A stretch of 63,928 bases of DNA, counting the filler, from Reclinomonas americana ATCC 50394 (taxonomy: Eukaryota), in assembly GCA_048213135.1 (NCBI GenBank). It is 6 parts of 4 records of this genome, joined end to end, with 100 filler letters (N's around TTAATTAATTAA, not from the genome) between each part and the next. Parts side by side here need not be neighbours in the genome. Positions count along the whole stretch, not along the records: positions 45,108 to 50,671 come from PS015051.1; positions 50,772 to 58,213 come from PS015051.1; positions 58,314 to 62,817 come from PS015053.1; 3 more parts are not named here. One strand, 5' to 3'. The position numbers and the translations under genes were made by a program. Positions 50,044 through 61,798 of the stretch are shown here, piece after piece; position 1 is the first letter of the stretch; each line of letters begins with the position of its first letter. Below the pieces are notes generated by a model. The model ran no database searches, had not been told where the DNA came from, and worked only from the letters and a program-made list of their open reading frames with translations.

Positions 50044-50671
50044 TCAGTTCTGTCGTCATCGGTATTCAGTCTCAAGTTTCTTTACTCTCCTACTCATTTC
50101 CTGCCGTCATCTGCTTGAAGCAGTCTTCCTCGTTTTCCCACTCTTCTGTCCCATTGCTTTTTCCTCTTTGCTTCCGTCCACCTTGTTTTCTCTCATTATT
50201 TATCGCTCCTCTTTGCCCTCTCTCTCCCTCCTCCTGTTTGCTTTCCTTAATTTACTTCCCTTCCCTTTCACTTTCTTCTTCACCGTTCCCTTCACCGTTT
50301 CCTTCTCCTTTCCCTCACCCTTTCCCTTCCCCTCCCTCCAGGTCCGCCGCCGTGAACTCAACAAAGCCACCCAACGCCTGGCCCGCGAGCTCGCCGGCAA
50401 CCCCGCCCGCGATCCCACCGTCCGCGAAGACGGCGCCGACGCCAAGGCCGTCACCGTGGTGCGCAGCGGCGGCGGTGCCGGCGGCGGCGACCTGGTGACG
50501 CAAATGAAGCACGAGGAGCTGAAGCGCACTCGCGGCACAAGGAAGGACAAGGTGAGTCCTCTCCTCTCCTGTGTAGCGCTCTGGGTGTCACCTGACTCCT
50601 TCTCCTTTTGCGCAGGAATTCAAACTCCCCCCTCCACCACCCGCCGAGCGCGAGGTCGACGGCCTCATTGT
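45108..50671 (+). CDS. CFAP221: CFAP221/PCDP1 central-pair protein, partial; block 45108-45203 is on an inverted contig
   Basis: EARPPIVHFRGF...VRLLNIS..TRIHIVAPETPYF; RYYYDCIRVH; IPLHAYPV; IPIHCEVPVEFEF; LSQFESEP match recalled CFAP221 N-terminal motifs. Confidence 0.88.
46555..47085. repeat. Intronic tandem repeat, about 5 units of ~113 bp
   Basis: gggtgagc...gtgtcaaga...aacgagagtgtgcctgcaagaagta at about 46560, 46664, 46777, 46890 and 47007. Confidence 0.92.
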
Positions 50672-50715
50672 NNNNNNNNNNNNNNNNNNNNNNNNNNNNN
50701 NNNNNNNNNNNNNNN

Positions 50716-50727
50716 TTAATTAATTAA
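50716..50727. other. Artificial scaffold linker
   Basis: TTAATTAATTAA flanked by N runs. Confidence 0.97.
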
Positions 50728-50849
50728 NNNNNNNNNNNNNNNNNNNNNNNNNNNNNNNNNNNNNNNNNNNNCTTTTCTCCCTTTCCTATCTTTCCTCTCT
50801 CTTCCTCCTCTCTCTCTCTCTCATCCTTCTTTCCCTTCCCCTCGCTCAC

Positions 50850-53800
50850 CTCGCCGGGTCGAAACCAAATCCATTGACGCTCACGGTGGAGGCCGTGCTG
50901 GAGGCCACCACCACCGCCGGGGTGATACTGGTCGTGCCCTGCACGTACAGCGCACCGGTACCCACGGTCTGGTACTGCGGCGAGTTGCCGACCTTCATGC
51001 ACACCAGGTACTGGTTGGCCGCCGAGGCCATGGTGGTGACGAGTGCGGTGACCTTGGTGCCGTCGGTGCCCACCGCCGCTGTGCCGGTGACGGTGACGCC
51101 AGCGGCTGCCGCGGTGCCGCACGTGGCTCCCGTCACCACCTGAATCGAGTCCGATGCGCTGAGGCCGACACCGGTGATGGTGACCGTCGTCGCGGCTCTG
51201 TAAAGGAGAAGGCATAAGTAAATGAATGGTTGAACGACAAAGTTCTGGTCCTCCTCACTCACCCTGGCGGAATCGACACTGGGCTCAACGAGCTCGCCGC
51301 CTGTTTAAGAAATGCAATCAGTCGCACATTATTTATCAATGAGCGTACACAGCGACGCAACAGTGATGGTAAGAGTGCCATTCGGGACGGCAGTGAAGGT
51401 GCCGCTGCCAAGCCTGCGAAAGAGCATAACAATTAAGCAGGAGAAGATACGAAGGAATGAAGGCCTCAACAGGCACGCAACTGCAAACACACAGTGTACG
51501 GTCCAGCACTCGCGATACCCGTGGCAGTCACGGCAGCGAGAACGCTGGTGCTCGTCGACATGGCGCTGACCATGACTGTGATGGCCGCCGGCTGCGTTGC
51601 CGAGCACATGGTGCCAGTGACGAGCTTCACATTCGGGCTGTTTGATGGAAAGAGAGAGTGAGTGGCTGGCGACTACAGATGGTGGTGCGTTCATCATCAT
51701 CACAGACATACCTCGCTGCGAGACCAAAGCCTTGAATGGTGACTGTGGTCTGAATGTCGTGTGTGATGGCTGATGGCGAGATGCCAGTCGAGCTGTGCAA
51801 AGAGAAGAAGAGGGCAGAGGGAAAAGGGAGAGGGAGGGAGAGAGGGCAGTGGGAAAAGGGAGAGGGAGGGAGAGGGAGAGGGAGGGAGAGGGAGGAGATT
51901 TGTGGAAAAGGGAAAGAGAGCGAGAAACAGACAGACAGACAGACAGACAGAGAGACAGACAGAGAGGAGATGGAGGGGGAGAGATGGAGAGTGATAGACA
52001 AACAGACAAAAAGAGAGTCAGCGAAAATGACACGACCACCAACTCGTGCAGCAACTGGTTTACGTACCCCTGAACCACGAGCGCGTTGGTGGCTGGCACC
52101 GCTGGTTGTCCATTGATGCTGCAGACAACCCTTCTGTCAGCACTTCTTTCAGAATGTCACACACGCAGTTGATGCTGTTGACGCAACACAATGCACACGG
52201 TGAAGGCACCGGGATTGGTGCCAGTGACCTGCACATAGAAGAAGTTCAGCACACCGCTCTCCATTATCGATAAAGACATCTCGGGAAAAACGCAACAGGA
52301 GTCGAGATCTGCTGCGCGGAAGTGACAGTCACCGCGCCAAACGTGACCGAGTTAACCGCGGCACTCGTGCACGCAGAGTTCTGCGCCACCGCCGTGAACG
52401 TGGGAGTCTTGTCGAGACCGAAGCCGGTGAAAGTAATGACGGTGGCGGCGGCGGGTACAATCGTCAGCGGAGTCGCGTTCGTCACACCCTGCGGAGCCGA
52501 GATGAGCGCGTCATCAAATTTCTTCTCGCAACAGGAACAACAACAAGACCTGCACAGTGAGATTGCCACCCGTCACGGCAGCGTACGAATTGCCACCCGT
52601 TGGCCTGCATGCAGGTGGGTGAGCACGGATTTGATGAAAACATGTGGCTCGACGTTGACACGCAACTGAAGGCACACGATAAACAGGTTCGGCGTTGTGG
52701 TCGTCGCAGACACCACGAGCTGGGTCGGCGACGGTGAAGCGCGGTTCGTGATAGTGATGCTGGCGTCCTGCGCATTGCCGGTGCATGTGCCGCCGGTAGC
52801 AATCACCTTGACAAGATCGGTGGCCGCCAGACTAATTGCGAAGAGTGTTCAGCATCATCGGCGTTGGCATGAAACAAGATGGACAATATGCGCTCACCCG
52901 TCGCCATTGATGGTAAAGGCGGTCATGCCGACCGGTACCTGAGTCGGTGTGATCGACTGTGTGCCTGTGGAGGGAAACAGAATGTGAGCTTCCCATGCAG
53001 ACTCCAAGAGACAGCAGCCTGGTCTCACCTTGCACAAACAAGTCGCCCGACACATTCACAGCGGTGCCCATGCCACCATATCTGCAGAGGATAAGAAACT
53101 AAGCATTTGTGTCGAGGACGACGCAACACAGGATACTGTTGAGGCGCACGCAACTGGATGCACATCACATACTGTCCTCCAGTATTACCAGTGCCATTCA
53201 CAGTCACCGCGAATGCAATGCTGGTGGTTCCAGTCGCCGTCACTGCACCGACCGTAATCTGTCAAGGGTCGTGCGCGGGCGATGAGTTCATTATGTCTGG
53301 ATCTATTGCCATCTTCCCTTCGACTCTCATCCTCTGTTTTCATCTCTCTCTCTCTCTCTGTCTCCCTTGGCCTTGGTACTTATTCTTGTTCCTGTTATCC
53401 TTCTTCTCCTTGTTGTTGTTGTCGTTCTTCTTCTTCTACTTCCTCTTCTTCTTCTCTCTCTTGTTCTTCTCTTCAATCTTCTTCTTCTCCTTCTTCCATG
53501 TTCTTCTTCTTCTTCTTGTTACTGTTGTTCTCTCTCTCTCTCCCTCTCTCCCTCCCTCCCTCCCTCCCTCTCTCCCTCCCTCCCTCCCTCCCTCTCTGCC
53601 TCTCCTGTCCCTCTCCTCCATACCGTGCCCGGAGTGGTACCCGTGGCGCAGTTTGGCGTCGGTGAGGCCGGCAAAACGGCGATCTTGTCCGCGCCCGACA
53701 GCGCAAAACCATTGACCGTCACCGTGGTGGCGGTGGCCGGCGGAATGGAGGTCGGCGAGATGCCAGTCGTGCCCTGCACGGTGAACTGGCCAGTTTGCAG

Positions 53801-56800
53801 CGGAATGTACGTTCCCATGGCGGCGCTCGACGGGCTGCATTGTGCGTGAGCTTTGGAGAGAAGAAACCTCACTCACACAGTCGGCAAACCTGATGCAGGC
53901 CTGGAAGGTGCCTGGCGGAGTGCTCACGTTCAGCGAAGCGGTAATCACGGTGGCAGAGCTGGCGGCCACAGTGCCGACAGTGATGCTGGCGACTTGCGCG
54001 TCGCTGCACGAACCGGCCGCCGTGACAATCTTGACGCCAGTGGTGGCTGCGGAGGAGAATCAGAAAAGAGGTCACAATATATCTCAGTTGACTCTCTTAC
54101 AAATACCAGTCAATCCAACTCCAGTAATGGACAGCACAACGCCGTTGGAGATTGAGAGCACTTGCGGAGTCAGCGATGAACCGCCTGCACATCATTACCG
54201 ACGCATGAGCTAATCTTCCCCACAAATCACCCTCCTACGCACACACGTATGCAAACCTTGCACAGTGAGCACAGCGGAGCTGGCCACCGGCACAAACGTC
54301 GGCAGCAGCTGACCGCGCAGCTCGCCGGCCGCCACCGCCGCGGTCGGAATGTCAACGTACCATTGACCGGCCAGGAGTTCGTTGAGCACCTGGTTCGAGG
54401 TCACGGTGACATTCTGCGTCGGCACGGTGCCCGAGGTGCTGGCCGGCACGTTGGTGAGAGTGGCAACCAACGTGCCCGTGGCGCCAGGCACAGCCGGCCC
54501 GTGAATCTCCACTGCCGTCGGGTTGCCCGACAGACCGGCAAAGGTGACCGACACGGAGATGGAGGTGTTGCCGGGCGCGACCACCACGGTGGCGGTGCCG
54601 GAGGCGTTGTTGACCTGGCCAGCCTGAGCGCCGGTGAGGACGCCGCCAGCCGTCACCGCGGGCGCCGCTTGCCCGCGGATCTCACCATTGGTGTTGTTCA
54701 CCGTCTCCACATACACGTACCACATGCTGCTCTGCAGATCGGCCACCTGAGCCGCCGACACGGCGAAAGTCTGCGGTCCCAGCGTGCCACTGGTGTTGGC
54801 CGTCGGCACCGTCATCGCGAACAGTGCGGGCCCGGTGGCGCCCGCCGCCGCCGGTCCATGAATGCGCGCGCCCGTAATGTTGGAGCTGAGAGCAGTGTAC
54901 TGCACCGTCACCGAGATGCTGGTGGGCGACACGACCGTGATGGTCGCGGAGCCTGCCGCGGCGCCCGGATTGGTGGGCGCTGGCACATTGGCCGCAGATG
55001 TCAGCGCCATGTAGTAATTTGACGTGCCACTGTAGGCGATGCACAGAATGTACGTGTTCGGCGCGCTGGCCTGAATGAACGGCGTCACCGAGGTCGGTGG
55101 CGACGACACGTCGGCCGAGATGGAGATGCCATTCGGCTGCGCGTCGGTCGCGCAGTTGCCGGCAGTCGGCAGCATCTTGAAGGAGGCGGAAGCTATAAAA
55201 GGGAATAGGGTTGAGAAGAAGAGGAGGTGAGGAAGAGAAAGGGAGGGTCGTCGCTCACCGGAGAGACCAAAGCCGTTGATGGCCACTGCGGATTTGATTG
55301 TGGCCGGGATGGCGGTGGAGCCGACGGACGTGGTGCCTGCACGCAAAGGAGGGTTTTAGTTAAGGATGAATTCCGAAAACTTGGAGAAGTATGTGTGTGA
55401 GTGAATACCCTGCACAGCAATCGGCAAGGCGAGGCCGCTGAAGAAGGCGGTGGCGTTGGCGAACCTGCGAAAATGGAATGAGTGGGCAAGAAGGAGAAAA
55501 AAGTTCAACAAAGAAAGGAGTACGAGGAGAAGGGGAAGGGGGAGAAGGGAAGAAGAATTTCTACAATCTTCGCGCACACGCAACTTGATGCACACAGTGT
55601 ACGTGCCGGGGGTGGCGGTAGCCGTGGCGACAAACACCGACTGCGTGCCATCGACGCCGGCGGTGATGGTGTTGCCGACGGTGAAGACGGTGGCGGTGGC
55701 CGAGCAGTCGGTGCCCGACACGACCTTGATGGTGTCGGTGGACGAGAAGCCGTAGCCGGCCAGCGTCACCGAGGTCGGAATCGTGGCCATCACAAACGAG
55801 GGCGACGGTGCGGCAGTGACCGCCTGTCCGGACAGAGTGCCAACGGCGGCGTAGGCGGTGGTGGTCGCGGCGTCCGCGAACCTTTTGTAGAGGGTTGTGA
55901 GAAACAGTGTGGGCAAATAGAACTGGACAGATTGACGCAACTTGTAGCACAGCGTGTACTGCGCGCCCGTAGTGAGAGTGATGGGGAAGCTCACGGCGGT
56001 ATTGGCGGTGACCACAGCGGGTGTGCCGACAGTGACGCCGCCCACCATACCGCCGTTCACGCAGTCGCCGTTGAAGGTGACCACCTTGACCGCGTCGGTG
56101 GCCAGCAGGCCGAAGCCGTTGATAGTCACTGTGACGAGGGAAAGGGATGAGGGAAAGGGAAAGGGGGAAGAAGGAAAAGGGGGAAAGAGGGAAAGGGGGA
56201 AAGGGGAAGGGGGAAAGGGGAAGGGGGAAAGGGGGAAAGGGGGAAAGGGGGAAAGAGGGAGAAGGGGGAAAGGGGACAGGGAAAGGCGGGAGCGTCAGGA
56301 GAGCTGAGAAGAGAGTGTGTGTGCGCGGAAGCCGAAAGCGCAGTGCGTGTGTGTCGTCCACATAACCGCTTCAAGAATGTGGTATCTCTCATTCAGTCTC
56401 GTGCTCTTACTGTCTCAGTTATTCTCTGCTGCGTTCGCATCCTTGAGTTGCTGTTGTACTCTTAACTACGTCTCAGTGCGTGCGCGTGTCGGTGAGTGTG
56501 CATCTTCATCTCTCCAGTCCGCGCCTGCTGCACATTGTTGCGGTAATGCGCTCTCCTCTTTCTGTGTGTGCTCCGCATTTCTCTTCCCTCTCACTCGCTC
56601 CATTGCACTTGCTGTGAACTTCATGAAGTTACAGCAGCGCACGCTTCCGTTCCCTCTCTCTCTCTCTCTTTGTGTGTGTGTGTGTGTGTGTGTGTTTGTG
56701 TGGCTGCCAAATCTTTCCTCACAATGTGAGACAAGCGACGTTCAACAAAGTGCATCGTTTCTCCTTTCCTCCTCCTCATCTCTATCCTGCTCTTGCTGAT

Positions 56801-58107
56801 CTCTATCTTGTTCATGAAGAGAGTGAAAGTAAGAGAACATTAAAGGGTGAAAAAGAAACACAGATCTGTGCTAGAAAGGGCAAACATTGAACAGTCACAA
56901 TTGCATCTCTGATGCTGCTACTCCCAGGCATCGGTATCCATTCTCTCCGCCGTATTCTCTTAGTCTGCTCGTTCCCCTTTCCTAATCGTTCCCCTCCCCC
57001 TACCCCTCCTCCTTTCACTCACCCGGAGTGGCCACAGTCAACGGAATCGCCACCGGCGTCAGCGTCGTCGTGCCCTGCACATAGAACATCGTCCCACCAT
57101 TCACGTCATAGAACGCGCCAGTGACAAACTGGATGCACACGCGGTAGGTGCCAGCGGCAGAGCCGGCGACACTCGCCGTGAGATTCGGGGCCACGAGCGT
57201 GATATTCGCGGCGGTGATCGACATGACAGCGGCGTCGGCGCAAGTGCCAGCGGTAGTCACGAACTTGATCACATCAGTGGCCGCGAGGCTGCACGCGCCT
57301 TTGGAATGAGCGCAGAGGCAGGACGAGGAGAGTTTCAATTGAATGACGCAACGCCAGTCCCGTAATTGTGACCGTGGTGGCCGTGCCAGGCGGTGACGGA
57401 AGACCCTGAATCGGTGAGAATCCGGTGGTGCCTGTGTTCAAAGAATCAGCAGCTCTTCTCTCTGCACAAAGTAGACGATACAAGACGCACCCTGCACCAA
57501 CAGCGGCGTCGTGGACACTGGCACTGCGGTTGCTGCCGTGCCCACCCTGCAGACCAAACTGCTAAGCGCCCATTCGAACAACGGAGAGAGAGGCGAGAGA
57601 AACGAAACTTGATGCACAGGGTGAGCGAGAGAACAGCAGTCGACTTGACAGTGAAGCTGTCGACTGTGCCGCCGACGCTGGTGATGGCGCCGATGGTGAC
57701 GTGCGCGTCGTTGGGTTGTGTGGCGCATGTGCCCGTGGAGATCGCAGTGATCTGCAAAGGCATTGTCAGCAATGAGGGGAAAAGGCACAGGGGATACGAA
57801 AGGTGCTGCAGACTTGCCTGATCAGTCATGGACAATCCAACGCCGGTGACAGACACCACAGTCGTCACGTCGTTCAGTGACACGAATGCCGGGGAGAAGA
57901 CTCCGGTGGGACCGCTAATGGAGGGAGATAAAGAGGTGAGAACTGAGCACGGGGAACGAGATGTTGAAGGAAGTGTACCTGACAGTGAGGGATCCTGTTT
58001 GGGGGGAGGGACGAGGGGAGAGAGAGGTGTAAGTGCAAGGGTTGGGATGGAGAGATTTGACTGAACACAAACCAGTCACAGCGGCGGATGCAGCGGCGCC
58101 GACAAAC
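50850..58107 (-). CDS. Giant Thr/Val/Ala/Gly-rich repeat protein (about ten ~100-aa two-Cys beta repeats) with two CHRD domains; both ends missing
   Basis: Repeat pattern GTT.ISP..IP..TATTVTI.GFGL..D.IKVV...C......Y.VC.K......L.VQG; CHRD motifs IHGPA..GATG...WYV...GE(I/L)RGQ twice in about 54305-55010. Confidence 0.88.
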
Positions 58108-58147
58108 CTACGGTTTCAGTGTTAGAATCAAAGGGAAACGGGGGGGG

Positions 58148-58190
<43 letters not shown>

Positions 58191-58257
58191 AGAGGAGGTG
58201 GTGTGTGTGTGTGNNNNNNNNNNNNNNNNNNNNNNNNNNNNNNNNNNNNNNNNNNNN

Positions 58258-58269
58258 TTAATTAATTAA
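58258..58269. other. Artificial scaffold linker
   Basis: TTAATTAATTAA flanked by N runs. Confidence 0.97.
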
Positions 58270-58337
58270 NNNNNNNNNNNNNNNNNNNNNNNNNNNNNNN
58301 NNNNNNNNNNNNNCAGTCATCGACTGGAAAGGCTCAC

Positions 58338-60910
58338 CGGTACGGCATCGGATCGGTGAGGAGGAATACGGCGGCGACCACGGTCTGGAATGAGGCGCGA
58401 AGCAGGGCGAAGAGTACCAGCATGGTGCGTGGTCTCAATATGTTGTACAGTGGGGCGCCGACTGTGTGGCATGCGATGAGTGCGAGAGAAGAGGGGGAGA
58501 CGGGAGACAGAGAGTAGGGGAAAAGGGGGAGGGAGTGGAAAGGGAGGGAGGGAGAGAGGGAGGGAGGAGAGGGGGAGAGAGAGAGAGAGAGGCTACGATG
58601 AGAGGCAGGTCGCCTCACGATCCACAGCGAGGGGAGCAAATAGTCGTGGTCGCATAGGCGGTAATTCTCTGTNNNNNNNNNNNNNNNNNNNNNNNNNNNN
58701 NNNNNNNNNNNNNNNNNNNNNNNNNNNNNNNNNNNNNNNNNNNNNNNNNNNNNNNNNNNNNNNNNNNNNNNNNNNNNNNNNNNNNNNNNNNNNNNNNNNN
58801 NNNNNNNNNNNNNNNNNNNNNNNNNNNNNNNNNNNNNNNNTGAAGAGAATCCCGAAGCTTGCTGACTTCTAGCATTCCCCCGCCAAGGTGGTTGTTTGTC
58901 GTATTATATTGTGTTGACCAGGCGTGCGTTGGTGAGTGCCATCGATTGTCGTCGCGTTTTCGTCTCCTCCTCACGTCATTCCTTCCTGCACAGGATTTCT
59001 GGACACTGCGCGGCAGGCATTCCCGAAATCCGTTGTCGGCGCACGGCACGACAAGTTGGAAGAGAAGATTTGTTTGGATTTGGTCAACTCGAATTAGTTG
59101 CGTGCTGTTGGCACACGTATACCGATGTGCTTTCTCTTGTCGCTCACCTTCGATTGCTGGTCACCACAGTCAGTTCTTCTTTGACTGGTGCGTGTTGCTC
59201 TCTCTTTGTTGGCTGCGCTGGATAACTAATTGTGCTCGTGCAGGGGGACAACTCTCGGTAAGCGAGCGCCACTTGGCATTTCCTTTCTGAGTCCGTGCCT
59301 TGTTAAGAATCCTATTTATCCTGTTTCATTTCTCTCTCTGTCACACCTCTCACTGTCATCCCTCGATTCCAACCCAATTTCTCCCCATGTCTCGCGTCTC
59401 CTTCTCTGTTCACCATGGCTCGCGTGGCCCTTCACTTCTGTTGCTCTCGCTTTCTCGTCTCTCTTGTGCCTCTCGCTTCGTGTCTCAGCACCCCCTGTTG
59501 TTCACCATGCATCTCGTCGTCATTTCCCGTCCTTCCCCTCCTTCTCCCCCCTTCTCTTCCCCCACTCTTCCCCTTCTCTTCCCCCTTCTCTTTCCCTCAC
59601 TCTTTCCCCCTCTCTTCCCCTCTCTTCCCCTCTCTTCCCCTCTGTTCCCCGCTTCCCCCCTTGTCTTCCCCGTTCTCTTCCCCGTTCTCTTCCCGTTCTC
59701 TTCCCCGTTCTCTTCCCCGTTCTCTTCCCCCNNNNNNNNNNNNNNNNNNNNNNNNNNNNNNNNNNNNNNNNNNNNNNNNNNNNNNNNNNNNNNNNNNNNN
59801 NNNNNNNNNNNNNNNNNNNNNNNNNNNNNNNNNNNNNNNNNNNNNNNNNNNNNNNNNNNNNNNNNNNNNNNNNNNNNNNNNNNNNNNNNNNNNNNNNNNN
59901 NNNNNNNNNNNNNNNNNNNNNNNNNNNNNNNNNNNNNNNNNNNNNNNNNNNNNNNNNNNNNNNNNNNNNNNNNNNNNNNNNNNNNNNNNNNNNNNNNNNN
60001 NNNNNNNNNNNNNNNNNNNNNNNNNNNNNNNNNNNNNNNNNNNNNNNNNNNNNNNNNNNNNNNNNNNNNNNNNNNNNNNNNNNNNNNNNNNNNNNNNNNN
60101 NNNCCCTTCTCTTCCCCACTCTCTTCCCCTTCCCTTTCCCTTCCTATCTCCCCCTTTCTCCCCCTACTCACCCTTCTCTCTCGCTTGTCAAAGGTCCCGC
60201 CGCCATCGGCATCATCATGCTGCGCACCAACAGCTTGTGGATTGTAAACCTCTTCATCCCACCCGGCTTCATTCTCGCCGCCATCTTCTTCCTCTTCCTG
60301 CCGGCCGACATTGGCGACCGCCGACACGTGCCGGTGGCAGCGGAGGTTCCTCTCCCACCTGACAGCAAGCCATCGCGATGGGATCGCATCGCGCCGGAGG
60401 CGTGCGGCTACATTTGTGGGTTTCCGCGTTTGCTTGTCGCGATGACTATTTTCTTCTTGCTGCAAGGTGCGACCTCCACTACTGTGCGTTGCTCGCGACT
60501 CATCTCACGTTGGCTGCCACACAGTGTACCGCTTGAAGAATGCCTATGCAGCGCTGTATAGTACGCAAGTGTTGCATCAGCGAATTTTCTCGCCGTGGAT
60601 AGTTGCGCTTGTCAATCATCCCTCCTCTTGTTCTTTTCCTCCTATTCTCCTCCTCTGACTCGTTCTTCTTGTTCTTGCTCTTCTTTTTCTCTCTCTCTCT
60701 CACGCGCACATTCGTCACTGCACTCTCTCCCTCGTTCCCTTTCTCTCTCTCTCTCCCCCCATTACCTGTGCAGTCAGTTGCCTCCATCTCTTTCTACATT
60801 TNNNNNNNNNNNNNNNNNNNNNNNNNNNNNNNNNNNNNNNNNNNNNNNNNNNNNNNNNNNNNNNNNNNNNNNNNNNNNNNNNNNNNNNNNNNNNNNNNNN
60901 TCTCCTCACA

Positions 60911-60959
<49 letters not shown>

Positions 60960-61798
60960 ACTCCTTCTCTCTCTCTCTCTCTCTCGCATTCTTTCTCCGC
61001 ACCATGCGCAAACGAGTAGCTGCTCAACGAGATGAAGCATTCGATCAGCAAGTTCGAGAATTGGGAGACGATAGAGGAAGAGAACGTGCACTACGCAAGT
61101 TCCAGACTGTGTGGCATGCAGTTGATCGCGCAGTCGCATGGCGGGGGAGAGTACGTGGCAAAGAATCGTCGGTTCTGAGTAGGAACCGTATTGAGTAGAC
61201 GACGAGTGGAGTCAAACGAATATTCCTTGCTTTTTCGATTGTTACTGTGAAGAATGACGAACTTACTGCTGTGACACGTTGCTGCAGAGGCACACAATTC
61301 TTCCATCACTGGCGTGCGCGGATTCGTTGTGAAGCTGACGGCGGCGCTGCTGCGCCTTGCACTGGGCGGAGCATTCTACTTGTCGCCGAATGACGGCGTC
61401 AAGGCGTTCATGTACTTTGGGTGAGTCAGTTCGTGTGCCACCAACAGCTCGGCGTTGGCGCCAGTACCCATTTGTGTGTCGCTTCCGCAGATATATGCTG
61501 TTGATCGTGGCTGGCGTCATGGCACTGCTGGCGTTTTTGCTGATGCACACTAGCACGGAGCCGAGAGATGGCTCGCTGGCAAAGCGCTCGCTTGTGCAGG
61601 ATGACTTGATGGCTGACGATGATAACGATGATGACGACGATGACGACGATGACGACGTCGATAGGCAGGGGAAGCAGAGAAAAGTTGCGGAGAATTGCAG
61701 CGGCAGGTGTTGTAATGTGGCGGTTGGACTGACGCATGGGAGTGTGCTCGTAGGGAGGCGACGAGGTCACCACCCCGTTGCTGAAACAACATAGATGA
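58338..61798 (+). CDS. MFS-type membrane transporter, partial; exon 58338-58461 is on an inverted contig
   Basis: Spliced hydrophobic helices RPRTMLVLFALLRASF...PYR|WLFVVLYCVDQACV|GFLDTARQAFP...VNSNY|QFFFDW|GTTL|GPAAIGII; acidic tail ending TTPLLKQHR-stop. Confidence 0.7.
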
